Positions 57,283 through 57,652 of a stretch of DNA of 57,652 nt are shown here, piece by piece. Numbering within the stretch: the first letter of the stretch is position 1; each line of letters opens with the position of its first letter. The notes under the pieces were generated by a model. The model made no database searches. It had not been told where the DNA came from and was given only the letters and a program-made list of their open reading frames with translations. The position numbers were made by a program, and so were the translations under genes. Origin of the DNA: an uncultured virus (IMG/VR IMGVR_UViG_3300042429_000720) (lineage: Duplodnaviria > Heunggongvirae > Uroviricota > Caudoviricetes); IMG/VR virus record IMGVR_UViG_3300042429_000720; one strand, written 5' to 3'.

Positions 57283-57549
57283 ATGGTAAAAGAAATCACC
57301 TCAATGATGTCAGCACTCAAAGCAAAGGGTGTGAAGGTATGCGGCACAGCTTCAGAGTTCTACAGTGCTAAGACTCACATCGACGGTATCTGGGTAGCAG
57401 CTGAGTACACCCCGGACCTATTCAACTACTGGTCTGAGGCTTGGGCTGATACGTTCGGTGTTAAGCCTTCACTCAACAAGCTGGTTGAGGAGTCGGGCTG
57501 GTACTTTGAGTGGCATGACGCCGGAACGATGATGGTGTGGAAGCAGTAA
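57283..57549 (+). CDS. hypothetical early protein
   Basis: Promoter cassette; GWYFEWHDAGT motif. Confidence 0.75.
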   Translation: MVKEITSMMSALKAKGVKVCGTASEFYSAKTHIDGIWVAAEYTPDLFNYWSEAWADTFGVKPSLNKLVEESGWYFEWHDAGTMMVWKQ

Positions 57550-57619
57550 CATAGAGTTGTCACCTGAGAGTATCCTTCGTATCTTTAGTAAACAGAATAA
57601 CAACTAACAACAGCAAGAC

Positions 57620-57652
57620 ATGAACAAGAAAAAGTATCCTAAAGCCCAGCTT
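57620..57652 (+). CDS. 5' end of a gene truncated by the window edge
   Basis: ATG after a promoter copy. Confidence 0.5.
   Translation, partial: MNKKKYPKAQL

Larger units (their letters stand above)
53206..57600 (+). promoter_or_regulatory. About 13 copies of the early promoter (A/G)GTTG-N20-TAT(C/A)TTTAG + A-rich leader + GGTTATG, one per gene
   Basis: Copies near 53206, 53507, 53915, 54155, 54464, 54727, 54895, 55203 (degenerate), 55385, 55916, 56980, 57227 and 57555; resembles Bacteroidota -33 TTTG/-7 TAnnTTTG. Confidence 0.85.

Noticed and set aside
1..57652. Bacterial chromosome or prophage
   Set aside because: Single-strand gene layout, phage-type PolA, lysis cassette, fibre genes and early-promoter array, with no integrase or housekeeping synteny

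Overview
A 57.7-kb fragment of a large (likely jumbo) tailed phage of a Bacteroidota host. Essentially all genes are on the + strand, use the standard code and lack Shine-Dalgarno sites. Promoters resemble the Bacteroidota sigma type, and three proteins carry T9SS sorting domains. In order, the window holds: a 7-deazaguanine DNA-modification cluster (folE, MazG-like, DpdA/TGT-like, PurN-like formyltransferase, P-loop kinase, queF) next to a family A DNA polymerase; hsp20-groES-groEL; a DUF2589-pair operon; 8 tRNAs interleaved with a tRNA-like RNA and other structured spacers; T9SS cargo genes; fibre-like virion proteins; a cohesin/dockerin + CsgG + beta-barrel + C-type lectin envelope operon; a lysis cassette; a ~15.7-kb, 18-gene glycosyltransferase/NDP-sugar cluster; nucleases; a repeat-rich origin/terminus-like locus (52.2-53.2 kb); and about 13 one-promoter-one-gene early cassettes. 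The strongest candidates for undescribed biology are the phage-encoded surface-assembly operon, a possible pre-replicative modified-G pathway, a duplicated covarying pseudoknot element, the tRNA mimic and the iteron/palindrome locus. All assignments come from motif recognition by eye; no searches were run.
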